This document shows, in pieces, positions 48,601 through 57,524 of a DNA stretch of 64,000 bases. The first letter of the stretch is position 1. Every line of letters begins with the position of its first letter. Made by a program: the position numbers and the translations under genes. The notes beneath the pieces were generated by a model. It did no database searches, was not told the origin of the DNA, and saw only the letters and a program-made list of their open reading frames with translations. This DNA comes from Escherichia coli (GTDB lineage Bacteria; Pseudomonadota; Gammaproteobacteria; Enterobacterales; Enterobacteriaceae), in the NCBI RefSeq assembly GCF_024223415.1, contig NZ_CP100500.1. One strand, 5' to 3'.

Positions 48601-49465
48601 AGAGAGACTCTTCCGTCAGTGATAAATGTTTACGTAGGCGTAATTCAAATCTGGAATATTGCTCCAAGTAGCTAGGTGCAATGCCAGACGGCAGAATAAT
48701 AATGACATTATTCGCATAATCCCATTCAATATCAATCTGTTGAAGGTGTGTTATTACATCAGTAGCATATTCCAGACCGCCTTCCTGGACGATCTGATCC
48801 ATAACATCCTCACGCACTTTATATCTTGTGCATTTCATTTCAAGTGCCGTGAGTACAGCCATTACTGGTGATGGTAACTGTGTTGTTTTCAGGCCGTCGA
48901 TCTGACTGATCGCCTGGGCGACGGTGTTTTGCCATTCTAAAGAACAGGCGCTGAAGTCAAATGTGGCTGTTTTATTATCCCGTTGCGACACACTACAGGC
49001 TAAGCGACGTAATTGGGTCAATTTGTCTGCTTGCTGAACAGGAACTCCGGGAAAGCGGCGATGACTTAACGTGGTGTGTACAACTTCGGGCGGAAAAACG
49101 ACAGCAATATCTTTCGCCAGCCACGGTAAAACAGCATCTGTATTTTTGTCAGGCGCACGGGTTTCTGCTACGAAAGAGGGTTGTTCCTGAATAATGGTGG
49201 ATAAGTCCGCTACCTTGAGAGAGCCCGTTACCGTTTGGGAAGGTTGCAAAGAATTATCCTTCGCTTGCTCCACATACCCCTTCTTCACCTTCTCCGCAAT
49301 CAGCTTAAGTTCCGCTTTTTCCGCTGCCGCAGCATCTGAAAAACTTTTTATCTGACTTTGCCCTTTGGTGCCAACTTTTCCCCAACTGATATGCAACTCG
49401 TTTCCCTGTTGCTCCACCGCCCAGAATTTATGTGATTTTTCGTCCTGATAGATAAAGTGTCTCAT
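45671..49465 (-). CDS. molR: WGR-domain + DUF4132-type protein MolR/YehH, intact 1264-aa form
   Basis: N-terminal WGR module MRHFIYQDEKSHKFWAVEQQGNELHISWGKVGTKGQSQIKSF. The remainder is paralogous to YehI. It is a single uninterrupted ORF here. Confidence 0.9.
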   Translation of the reverse strand: MRHFIYQDEKSHKFWAVEQQGNELHISWGKVGTKGQSQIKSFSDAAAAEKAELKLIAEKVKKGYVEQAKDNSLQPSQTVTGSLKVADLSTIIQEQPSFVAETRAPDKNTDAVLPWLAKDIAVVFPPEVVHTTLSHRRFPGVPVQQADKLTQLRRLACSVSQRDNKTATFDFSACSLEWQNTVAQAISQIDGLKTTQLPSPVMAVLTALEMKCTRYKVREDVMDQIVQEGGLEYATDVITHLQQIDIEWDYANNVIIILPSGIAPSYLEQYSRFELRLRKHLSLTEESLWQKCAQKLIAAIPHIPEWRQPLIALLLPEKPEIAHEIAQRLLGQKKLPSLEWLKIVATDEHILASLEKYHEPYAIFDDYYCGAIWSATVLQEQGVAALPRFAPYAASDYCADVLRHINHPFALTLLIRVAGQTKRCHDRMTKAIAAFPHAAMAALTELLGQKEENSWRIMLMTMLISQPALAEQVIPWLSTPAVAVLKSCQQQLTQPSNHASADLLPAVVVSPPWLSKKKKSPIPVLDLAPLGIEPICYLTEEISNQLLAKYIWYSKHITVSHEESTTNLLARMGFQRRIAGTYIKAPEAVVEAWLNEDYSTLLSEFKVFHSPTGHYWQLGILTTLPLEKAVKAWNALTLSPHTDTEYSMLHFGLKGLPGLVNSLARYPQEALPITNYFAASELAPAVARAFNKLKTLRENARSWLLKYPEHALTGLLPAALGKAGEAQDNARAALRMLTENGHQPLLQEIARRYNQPEVTDAVNALLALDPLDNHPTKIPTLPAFYQPSLWTRPVLKANAQSLPDSALLHLGEMLRFPQEEALYPGLLQVKDVCSADSLAGFAWDLFTAWQTAGAPSKESWAFTALGVLGNDDTARKLTPLIRAWPGESQHKRATVGLDILAAIGSDIALMQLNGIAQKLKFKALQERAKEKIADIAESRELTVAELEDRLAPDLGLDDNGSLLLDFGPRQFTVSFDETLKPFVRDVSGSRLKDLPKPNKSDDETRANDAVNRYKLLKKDARTIAAQQVARLESAMCLRRRWSLENFQLFLVEHPLVRHLTRRLIWGVYSAENQLLACFRVAEDNSSSTADDDLFTLPEGDISIGTPHVLEISPTDAAAFGQLFADYELLPPFRQIDRNSYALTEAERNASELTRWAGRKCPSGRVMGLANKGWIKGEPQDGGWIGWMIKPLGRWSLIMEIDEGFAVGMSPAELSAEQLLSKLWLWEGKAERYGWGSNSTQEAQFSVIDAITASELINDIEALFE

Positions 49466-49564
49466 TCTGCATCCCTGTAATTTTATCCAGTTGAATGCAG
49501 ATGCTACCAGTATTTATGCGGGTTAGAGAGAGACAAAATCGCAAGAAAACAACTTTAGGAATTT

Positions 49565-49594
49565 ATAAAGAAAAGGCGCTGTCGATGCAGCGCC
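49565..49594 (-). terminator. metG terminator
   Basis: GGCGCTG-TCGATG-CAGCGCC, followed by TTTTCTTTAT on the minus strand. Confidence 0.7.
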
Positions 49595-49605
49595 TTGAAG
49601 GGGGA

Positions 49606-51639
49606 TTATTTCACCTGATGACCCGGTTTAGCACCAGCATCCGGGCTTAGCAGGAAGATATCTTTCCCGCCTGGACCGGCAGCCATCACCATGCCTTCGG
49701 AGATTCCAAAGCGCATTTTACGTGGTGCCAGGTTAGCCACCATAATGGTGTGACGACCAATCAGTGCCTGCGGATCCGGGTAGGCAGAACGAATACCGGA
49801 GAAGACATTGCGTTTTTCACCGCCGAGATCCAGTGTCAGGCGCAGCAGTTTGTCAGAACCTTCAACAAACTCTGCGTTTTCGATCAGCGCTACGCGCAGG
49901 TCAACTTTGGCGAAGTCGTCAAAGGTGATGGTTTCCTGAATCGGATCATCTGCCAGTGGGCCAGTAACTGGCGCGGCAGCTGCTTTCACTTCTTCTTTAG
50001 AGGCTTCCACCAGAGCTTCAACCTGTTTCATATCGATGCGGTTATACAGCGCCTTGAACGGATTCACTTTGTGGCCCAGCAGCGGTTGCTGGATACCATC
50101 CCAGGTCAGTTCCGTATTGAGGAAGGCTTCTGCACGCTCGGTCAGTTTCGGCAGTACCGGCTTCAGGTAAGTCATCAGCACGCGGAACAGGTTGATGCCC
50201 ATTGAGCAAATCGCCTGCAGGTCAGCATCGCGACCTTCCTGTTTTGCGACTACCCACGGAGCCTGTTCATCGACATAGCGGTTAGCCAGATCAGCCAGCG
50301 CCATGATTTCGCGCACAGCTTTACCAAATTCACGGCTTTCCCACGCTTCACCAATCACTTCAGCGGCATCAGTGAAGGTTTTGTACAACTGCGGGTCAGC
50401 CAGTTCGTTTGCCAGCACGCCGTCAAAACGTTTGTTGATAAAGCCCGCGTTACGGGAGGCCAGGTTAACCACTTTGTTAACGATATCGGCATTCACGCGC
50501 TGAACGAAATCCTCCAGGTTGAGATCGATATCATCAATGCGCGAAGAGAGTTTCGCAGTGTAGTAGTAACGCAGGCTGTCAGCGTCAAAATGATTCAGCC
50601 AGGTGCTGGCTTTAATAAAGGTGCCGCGAGACTTGGACATCTTCGCGCCGTTCACCGTCACATAGCCATGAACAAACAGGTTGGTCGGCTTGCGGAAGTT
50701 GCTGCCTTCCAGCATGGCAGGCCAGAACAGGCTGTGGAAGTAAACGATATCTTTACCGATGAAGTGGTACAGCTCGGCGGTGGAGTCTTTCTTCCAGTAT
50801 TCATCGAAGCTTACGCTGTCGCCGCGCTTGTCGCACAGATTCTTGAAAGAACCCATGTAGCCAATCGGTGCGTCCAGCCAGACGTAGAAATATTTGCCCG
50901 GCGCGTTCGGAATTTCAAAACCGAAGTAAGGGGCGTCGCGGGAGATATCCCACTGTTGCAGGCCAGATTCAAACCACTCCTGCATTTTATTTGCCACCTG
51001 CTCCTGCAACGCACCGCTGCGGGTCCATGCCTGCAACATTTCGCTGAAAGAGGGCAGATCAAAGAAGAAGTGTTCAGAATCACGCATTACCGGCGTAGCG
51101 CCAGAAACCACCGATTTCGGCTCGATCAATTCAGTCGGGCTGTAGGTCGCGCCGCAGACTTCGCAGTTATCGCCGTATTGATCCGGGGATTTACATTTCG
51201 GGCAGGTGCCTTTCACAAAACGGTCCGGCAGGAACATGCCTTTTTCCGGATCGTACAGCTGAGAGATGGTGCGGTTTTTAATAAAACCGTTTTCTTTCAG
51301 GCGAGAGTAGATAAGTTCTGACAACTGGCGGTTCTCTTCGCTGTGCGTCGAGTGATAGTTGTCATAGCTGATGTTAAAGCCTGCGAAATCAGTCTGATGC
51401 TCCTGACTCATTTCGCCAATCATCTGCTCCGGTGTGATACCAAGCTGCTGAGCTTTCAGCATGATCGGTGTACCGTGGGCATCGTCGGCGCAGATGAAGT
51501 TGACCTCGTGGCCGCGCATTCGCTGGTAACGGACCCAGACATCAGCCTGGATGTGCTCCAGCATATGGCCGAGGTGGATTGAGCCGTTAGCGTACGGCAG
51601 TGCGCACGTCACCAGAATTTTCTTCGCGACTTGAGTCAT
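49606..51639 (-). CDS. metG: Methionyl-tRNA synthetase
   Basis: 677 aa starting at [25 protein letters not shown] (HIGH motif), with KMSKS present, matching recalled K-12 MetG. Confidence 0.97.
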   Translation of the reverse strand: MTQVAKKILVTCALPYANGSIHLGHMLEHIQADVWVRYQRMRGHEVNFICADDAHGTPIMLKAQQLGITPEQMIGEMSQEHQTDFAGFNISYDNYHSTHSEENRQLSELIYSRLKENGFIKNRTISQLYDPEKGMFLPDRFVKGTCPKCKSPDQYGDNCEVCGATYSPTELIEPKSVVSGATPVMRDSEHFFFDLPSFSEMLQAWTRSGALQEQVANKMQEWFESGLQQWDISRDAPYFGFEIPNAPGKYFYVWLDAPIGYMGSFKNLCDKRGDSVSFDEYWKKDSTAELYHFIGKDIVYFHSLFWPAMLEGSNFRKPTNLFVHGYVTVNGAKMSKSRGTFIKASTWLNHFDADSLRYYYTAKLSSRIDDIDLNLEDFVQRVNADIVNKVVNLASRNAGFINKRFDGVLANELADPQLYKTFTDAAEVIGEAWESREFGKAVREIMALADLANRYVDEQAPWVVAKQEGRDADLQAICSMGINLFRVLMTYLKPVLPKLTERAEAFLNTELTWDGIQQPLLGHKVNPFKALYNRIDMKQVEALVEASKEEVKAAAAPVTGPLADDPIQETITFDDFAKVDLRVALIENAEFVEGSDKLLRLTLDLGGEKRNVFSGIRSAYPDPQALIGRHTIMVANLAPRKMRFGISEGMVMAAGPGGKDIFLLSPDAGAKPGHQVK

Positions 51640-51770
51640 AGTAGGCATTACTTCTTAATAGTGAAAAGGGGTTAGATAGTACCAAATGGGAAAATGTTAA
51701 GTAAGTACTTCTCTATATTCTTCAGGTAAACTATCAGCTGATGGTTTATCTATACAAAAAAGGAGTCGGG

Positions 51771-52880
51771 ATGAACGAACAATCCCAGGCCAAATCACCA
51801 GAAGCCTTGCGCGCAATGGTCGCCGGGACACTGGCCAATTTTCAGCACCCAACCCTGAAGCATAACCTCACCACGCTGAAAGCGTTGCACCATGTCGCCT
51901 GGATGGACGACACGTTGCATGTGGAACTGGTTATGCCATTCGTCTGGCATAGCGCGTTTGAAGAGTTAAAAGAGCAATGTAGCGCCGAACTGCTGCGTAT
52001 CACCGGGGCGAAAGCTATCGACTGGAAACTGTCGCACAATATCGCCACCTTAAAACGCGTGAAGAATCAGCCGGGTATTAATGGCGTGAAGAACATCATT
52101 GCGGTCAGTTCCGGTAAAGGCGGCGTGGGTAAATCCTCCACGGCGGTAAACCTGGCACTGGCGCTGGCGGCAGAAGGGGCGAAAGTCGGCATTCTGGACG
52201 CCGATATCTACGGCCCATCAATCCCAACAATGTTGGGCGCAGAAAATCAGCGTCCAACTTCGCCGGACGGTACCCATATGGCACCGATTATGTCTCATGG
52301 CCTGGCAACCAATTCAATTGGTTATCTGGTCACTGACGACAATGCGATGGTGTGGCGTGGACCGATGGCGAGCAAGGCGTTAATGCAGATGTTGCAGGAA
52401 ACCTTGTGGCCGGATCTCGACTATCTGGTGCTTGATATGCCGCCAGGCACCGGTGACATTCAATTGACGCTTGCGCAAAACATTCCAGTAACTGGTGCAG
52501 TCGTGGTCACCACCCCGCAGGACATCGCGTTGATCGATGCGAAAAAAGGCATTGTGATGTTCGAGAAAGTCGAGGTTCCGGTGCTTGGTATTGTCGAGAA
52601 CATGAGTGTGCATATTTGCAGTAACTGTGGTCACCATGAACCGATTTTCGGTACCGGTGGTGCAGAGAAACTGGCTGAAAAATACCACACACAGCTGCTG
52701 GGGCAGATGCCGTTACACATCTCCTTACGTGAGGATCTCGATAAAGGCACGCCAACGGTTATCAGCCGTCCGGAGAGCGAATTTACCGCTATCTACCGCC
52801 AGCTGGCTGACCGCGTTGCAGCTCAGCTCTACTGGCAGGGTGAAGTCATTCCAGGCGAGATTTCCTTCCGCGCGGTCTAA
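51771..52880 (+). CDS. apbC: Fe-S cluster carrier ATPase ApbC (Mrp)
   Basis: 369 aa starting at MNEQSQAKSPEAL, with the deviant Walker A SGKGGVGKS and a CSNCGH motif. Confidence 0.95.
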   Translation: MNEQSQAKSPEALRAMVAGTLANFQHPTLKHNLTTLKALHHVAWMDDTLHVELVMPFVWHSAFEELKEQCSAELLRITGAKAIDWKLSHNIATLKRVKNQPGINGVKNIIAVSSGKGGVGKSSTAVNLALALAAEGAKVGILDADIYGPSIPTMLGAENQRPTSPDGTHMAPIMSHGLATNSIGYLVTDDNAMVWRGPMASKALMQMLQETLWPDLDYLVLDMPPGTGDIQLTLAQNIPVTGAVVVTTPQDIALIDAKKGIVMFEKVEVPVLGIVENMSVHICSNCGHHEPIFGTGGAEKLAEKYHTQLLGQMPLHISLREDLDKGTPTVISRPESEFTAIYRQLADRVAAQLYWQGEVIPGEISFRAV

Positions 52881-52909
52881 CGCCTATTAACCATTCTGGT
52901 TATTCTTCA

Positions 52910-52950
52910 TACACCGCAGAGATGTTACATTGATGCGGTGTATTAGTTTT
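52910..52950 (+). terminator. apbC terminator
   Basis: 9-bp stem TACACCGCA/TGCGGTGTA then TTAGTTTTT. Confidence 0.6.
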
Positions 52951-53142
52951 TGCCGCATTAATGAACACTTATTTAATACTGCGAATATTCTGCGGACCTT
53001 CGTCCGAAACTCTACAAAGTCGATTGATCATACAGGCAATGCTTCATTATCATCCTTCGTGGCTGTGTAGTGGATGTACAGCTATAGTTTGTTATGCACT
53101 CATTCTATCCAGGCATAACCTTTACTACAGGGATAACGTTCA

Positions 53143-53424
53143 ATGAATAAGTATTGGCTGTCAGGAATTATTTTTCTTGCCTATGGATTGGCTTCTCCCG
53201 CATTCTCTTCAGAGACTGCCACATTAGCGATTAATGGCAGGATCAGTCCCCCAACATGCAGTATGGCTATGGTTAATGGTCAACCTCAACAGCATTGTGG
53301 TCAGTTAACGTATAATGTTGACACCCGTCATCTGTTTTCTTCGCCCGTCAAAGGTGTAACGACAGAAGTGGTTGTTGCAGGTAGCGATAGCAAACGTCGA
53401 ATCGTGTTAAATCGCTACGATTAA
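53143..53424 (+). CDS. yehE: Small exported protein YehE
   Basis: 93 aa with a signal peptide, in the K-12 position upstream of yehD. Confidence 0.85.
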   Translation: MNKYWLSGIIFLAYGLASPAFSSETATLAINGRISPPTCSMAMVNGQPQQHCGQLTYNVDTRHLFSSPVKGVTTEVVVAGSDSKRRIVLNRYD

Positions 53425-53454
53425 TTTGGCAACCTGATTTTAATTGCATTTAGA

Positions 53455-53493
53455 AAGCCGAAATCATTTATATAAATGATTTCGGCTTTTTTA
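53455..53493 (+). terminator. yehE terminator
   Basis: Long perfect palindrome AAGCCGAAATCATTTATA/TATAAATGATTTCGGCTT then TTTTATT. Confidence 0.75.
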
Positions 53494-53716
53494 TTGATAT
53501 CAACAATACCATTTACATAAATCTACATTAATTGATAGATGCGATAAATAGTTAATACTCTTAAATATTTGTTGTATTTATATTGCAATGGTTAATTTGT
53601 TTTAAATCAATAAAACAATGTGTTTACATTGCGGCAACTTTTTTGATGTGAGAAATTTGTTTCCAAGAGATACAGACTCTTAACAACCAAAAATAAATTT
53701 TATTAAGGAACATATT

Positions 53717-54259
53717 ATGAAACGTTCAATTATTGCTGCCGCTGTCTTTTCTTCTTTTTTTATGAGCACTGGAGTATTTTCTGCAGACGTTGATACCGGA
53801 ACATTAACTATTAAGGGGAATATTGCAGAATCTCCGTGTAAATTCGAAGCGGGTGGTGATTCAGTAAGTATTAATATGCCGACTGTACCAACCACTGTCT
53901 TTGAAGGTAAAGCTAAATATTCTACCTATGATGATGCAGTCGGTGTAACCAGCAGCATGTTAAAAATTAGCTGCCCGAAAGAAGTTGCTGGTGTAAAACT
54001 CTCGTTGATTACCAACGATAAAATAACCGGTAACGATAAGGCGATAGCCAGTAGCAACGATACCGTGGGGTACTATCTCTATTTAGGTGATAACAGCGAT
54101 GTCCTGGATGTTTCTGCACCTTTTAACATTGAGAGTTATAAAACAGCGGAAGGTCAATATGCTATTCCGTTTAAAGCAAAATACCTGAAACTGACAGATA
54201 ACTCAGTGCAATCAGGTGATGTGTTATCTTCTCTGGTTATGCGTGTGGCGCAGGATTAA
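53717..54259 (+). CDS. yehD: Fimbrial major subunit YehD
   Basis: 180 aa with a signal peptide, a Cys pair, and a C-terminal beta-strand motif typical of chaperone-usher pilins. Confidence 0.9.
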   Translation: MKRSIIAAAVFSSFFMSTGVFSADVDTGTLTIKGNIAESPCKFEAGGDSVSINMPTVPTTVFEGKAKYSTYDDAVGVTSSMLKISCPKEVAGVKLSLITNDKITGNDKAIASSNDTVGYYLYLGDNSDVLDVSAPFNIESYKTAEGQYAIPFKAKYLKLTDNSVQSGDVLSSLVMRVAQD

Positions 54260-54293
54260 TAAATAAAATTGTAAGTTTCTCCAGGTAATAAAC

Positions 54294-55013
54294 ATGGCCG
54301 CTATCCCATGGCGGCCTTTTAATTTAAGAGGCATTAAAATGAAAGGATTATTATCTTTACTCATTTTTTCTATGGTCCTTCCTGCACATGCCGGAATTGT
54401 TATCTACGGGACGCGCATTATTTACCCGGCAGAAAATAAAGAAGTGATGGTGCAGTTGATGAACCAGGGAAACCGTTCTTCGCTGCTGCAGGCGTGGATT
54501 GATGATGGCGATACGTCATTACCACCAGAAAAAATTCAGGTTCCTTTCATGTTAACGCCACCAGTGGCAAAAATAGGGGCAAATTCCGGGCAGCAAGTAA
54601 AAATCAAAATTATGCCGAATAAACTGCCCACTAATAAAGAAAGCATTTTTTATCTGAATGTTCTGGATATTCCACCAAATAGTCCAGAGCAAGAAGGTAA
54701 GAATGCACTGAAGTTTGCGATGCAAAACAGAATTAAGTTGTTTTACCGGCCAGCGGGTATTGCTCCGGTAAATAAAGCGACATTTAAAAAATTGCTGGTA
54801 AATCGCAGTGGCAATGGTTTGGTGATAAAAAATGACTCAGCTAATTGGGTGACGATTTCGGATGTCAAAGCTAATAATGTTAAAGTCAATTATGAAACTA
54901 TTATGATTGCCCCCTTAGAAAGTCAGAGTGTTAATGTCAAAAGTAATAATGCAAATAACTGGTATCTGACCATTATCGATGACCACGGCAACTATATTAG
55001 TGACAAAATTTAA
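54294..55013 (+). CDS. yehC: Periplasmic fimbrial chaperone YehC
   Basis: PapD-like (IVIYGTRIIYP, LFYRP). The annotated 239-aa form starts at 54294; the signal peptide suggests a functional start at MKGLL (54339). Confidence 0.9.
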   Translation: MAAIPWRPFNLRGIKMKGLLSLLIFSMVLPAHAGIVIYGTRIIYPAENKEVMVQLMNQGNRSSLLQAWIDDGDTSLPPEKIQVPFMLTPPVAKIGANSGQQVKIKIMPNKLPTNKESIFYLNVLDIPPNSPEQEGKNALKFAMQNRIKLFYRPAGIAPVNKATFKKLLVNRSGNGLVIKNDSANWVTISDVKANNVKVNYETIMIAPLESQSVNVKSNNANNWYLTIIDDHGNYISDKI

Positions 55014-55028
55014 TTGCAGGAGCTGCCT

Positions 55029-57509
55029 ATGTTGAGAATGACCCCACTTGCATCAGCAATCGTAGCGTTATTGCTCGGCATTGAAGCTTATGCAGCTGAA
55101 GAAACCTTTGATACCCATTTTATGATAGGTGGAATGAAAGACCAGCAGGTTGCAAATATTCGTCTTGATGATAATCAACCCTTGCCGGGGCAGTATGACA
55201 TCGATATTTATGTCAATAAGCAATGGCGCGGGAAATATGAGATCATTGTTAAAGACAACCCGCAAGAAACATGTTTATCAAGAGAAGTTATCAAGCGGTT
55301 AGGCATTAATAGCGATAACTTCGCCAGCGGTAAGCAATGTTTAACATTTGAGCAACTTGTTCAGGGGGGGAGCTATAGCTGGGATATCGGGGTTTTTCGT
55401 CTCGATTTCAGTGTCCCGCAGGCTTGGGTGGAAGAACTGGAAAGTGGCTATGTTCCACCGGAAAACTGGGAGCGGGGTATTAATGCGTTTTATACCTCTT
55501 ATTATGTGAGTCAGTATTACAGCGACTATAAAGCGTCGGGTAATAACAAGAGTACATATGTACGTTTTAACAGCGGGTTAAATTTACTGGGGTGGCAACT
55601 GCATTCTGATGCCAGTTTCAGTAAAACAAATAACAATCCAGGGGTGTGGAAAAGCAATACCCTGTATCTGGAACGTGGATTTGCCCAACTTCTCGGCACG
55701 CTTCGCGTGGGTGATATGTACACATCAAGCGATATTTTTGATTCTGTTCGCTTCAGCGGTGTGCGGTTGTTTCGTGATATGCAGATGTTGCCTAACTCGA
55801 AACAAAATTTTACGCCACGGGTGCAGGGGATTGCTCAGAGTAACGCGCTGGTAACTATTGAACAGAATGGTTTTGTGGTTTATCAGAAAGAGGTTCCTCC
55901 TGGCCCGTTTGCGATTACAGATTTGCAGTTGGCCGGTGGTGGAGCGGATCTTGATGTCAGCGTGAAAGAGGCGGACGGTTCGGTAACCACCTATCTGGTG
56001 CCTTATGCAGCGGTGCCAAATATGCTGCAACCCGGCGTGTCGAAATATGATTTTGCGGCGGGTCGTAGCCATATTGAAGGGGCGAGCAAACAAAGTGATT
56101 TTGTCCAGGCGGGTTATCAGTATGGTTTTAATAACTTATTGACGCTGTATGGTGGCTCGATGGTTGCTAATAATTACTATGCCTTTACTTTGGGGACTGG
56201 CTGGAATACACGCATTGGTGCCATTTCCGTCGATGCCACGAAGTCGCATAGTAAACAAGACAACGGCGATGTGTTTGACGGGCAAAGTTATCAAATTGCC
56301 TACAACAAATTTGTGAGCCAAACGTCGACGCGTTTTGGTCTGGCGGCCTGGCGTTATTCGTCGCGTGATTACCGGACATTTAACGATCACGTTTGGGCAA
56401 ACAATAAAGATAATTATCGCCGTGATGAAAACGATGTCTATGACATTGCCGATTATTACCAGAATGATTTTGGTCGCAAAAATAGCTTTTCCGCCAATAT
56501 GAGCCAGTCATTGCCAGAAGGTTGGGGGTCTGTGTCATTAAGTACGTTATGGCGAGATTACTGGGGGCGTAGCGGCAGTAGTAAGGATTATCAGTTGAGT
56601 TATTCCAACAACCTGCGACGGATAAGCTATACCCTCGCGGCAAGCCAGGCTTATGACGAGAATCATCATGAAGAGAAACGTTTTAATATTTTTATATCGA
56701 TTCCCTTTGATTGGGGTGATGACGTTTCGACGCCTCGTCGGCAAATATATATGTCTAACTCAACGACGTTTGATGATCAGGGGTTTGCCTCAAATAATAC
56801 GGGATTATCAGGAACAGTAGGGAGTCGGGATCAGTTCAATTATGGTGTCAACCTGAGTCATCAACATCAGGGAAATGAAACGACAGCTGGGGCGAATTTG
56901 ACCTGGAACGCGCCGGTTGCGACAGTGAATGGCAGTTATAGTCAGTCGAGTACTTATCGACAGGCTGGAGCCAGTGTTTCAGGGGGCATTGTCGCCTGGT
57001 CGGGTGGCGTTAATCTGGCGAACCGTCTTTCCGAAACGTTTGCTGTGATGAATGCGCCAGGAATTAAAGATGCTTATGTCAATGGGCAAAAATATCGCAC
57101 AACAAACCGTAATGGAGTGGTGATATACGACGGAATGACACCTTATCGGGAAAATCACCTGATGCTGGATGTGTCGCAAAGCGATAGCGAAGCAGAATTA
57201 CGTGGCAACCGGAAAATTGCCGCCCCTTATCGCGGCGCGGTTGTACTGGTTAATTTTGATACCGATCAGCGCAAGCCCTGGTTTATTAAAGCGTTAAGAG
57301 CGGATGGTCAACCATTAATGTTTGGTTATGAAGTCAATGATATCCATGGTCATAATATTGGCGTTGTCGGCCAGGGAAGCCAGTTATTTATTCGCACCAA
57401 TGAAGTACCGCCATCGGTTAATGTGGCAATTGATAAGCAACAAGGACTTTCATGCACAATCACCTTCGGTAAAGAGATTGATGAAAGTAGAAATTATATT
57501 TGCCAGTAA
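55029..57509 (+). CDS. yehB: Fimbrial usher YehB
   Basis: 826 aa starting at MLRMTPLASAIVALLLG, in the usher size class and position. Confidence 0.95.
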   Translation: MLRMTPLASAIVALLLGIEAYAAEETFDTHFMIGGMKDQQVANIRLDDNQPLPGQYDIDIYVNKQWRGKYEIIVKDNPQETCLSREVIKRLGINSDNFASGKQCLTFEQLVQGGSYSWDIGVFRLDFSVPQAWVEELESGYVPPENWERGINAFYTSYYVSQYYSDYKASGNNKSTYVRFNSGLNLLGWQLHSDASFSKTNNNPGVWKSNTLYLERGFAQLLGTLRVGDMYTSSDIFDSVRFSGVRLFRDMQMLPNSKQNFTPRVQGIAQSNALVTIEQNGFVVYQKEVPPGPFAITDLQLAGGGADLDVSVKEADGSVTTYLVPYAAVPNMLQPGVSKYDFAAGRSHIEGASKQSDFVQAGYQYGFNNLLTLYGGSMVANNYYAFTLGTGWNTRIGAISVDATKSHSKQDNGDVFDGQSYQIAYNKFVSQTSTRFGLAAWRYSSRDYRTFNDHVWANNKDNYRRDENDVYDIADYYQNDFGRKNSFSANMSQSLPEGWGSVSLSTLWRDYWGRSGSSKDYQLSYSNNLRRISYTLAASQAYDENHHEEKRFNIFISIPFDWGDDVSTPRRQIYMSNSTTFDDQGFASNNTGLSGTVGSRDQFNYGVNLSHQHQGNETTAGANLTWNAPVATVNGSYSQSSTYRQAGASVSGGIVAWSGGVNLANRLSETFAVMNAPGIKDAYVNGQKYRTTNRNGVVIYDGMTPYRENHLMLDVSQSDSEAELRGNRKIAAPYRGAVVLVNFDTDQRKPWFIKALRADGQPLMFGYEVNDIHGHNIGVVGQGSQLFIRTNEVPPSVNVAIDKQQGLSCTITFGKEIDESRNYICQ

Positions 57510-57524
57510 TAGTCAGGTGGTTCT

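Noticed and set aside
50590-51321. 243-aa plus-strand ORF within metG, and a 160-aa plus-strand ORF at 141..623 within the porin gene.
   Set aside because: Both are antisense to highly conserved genes, with no Shine-Dalgarno sequence and an implausible composition.
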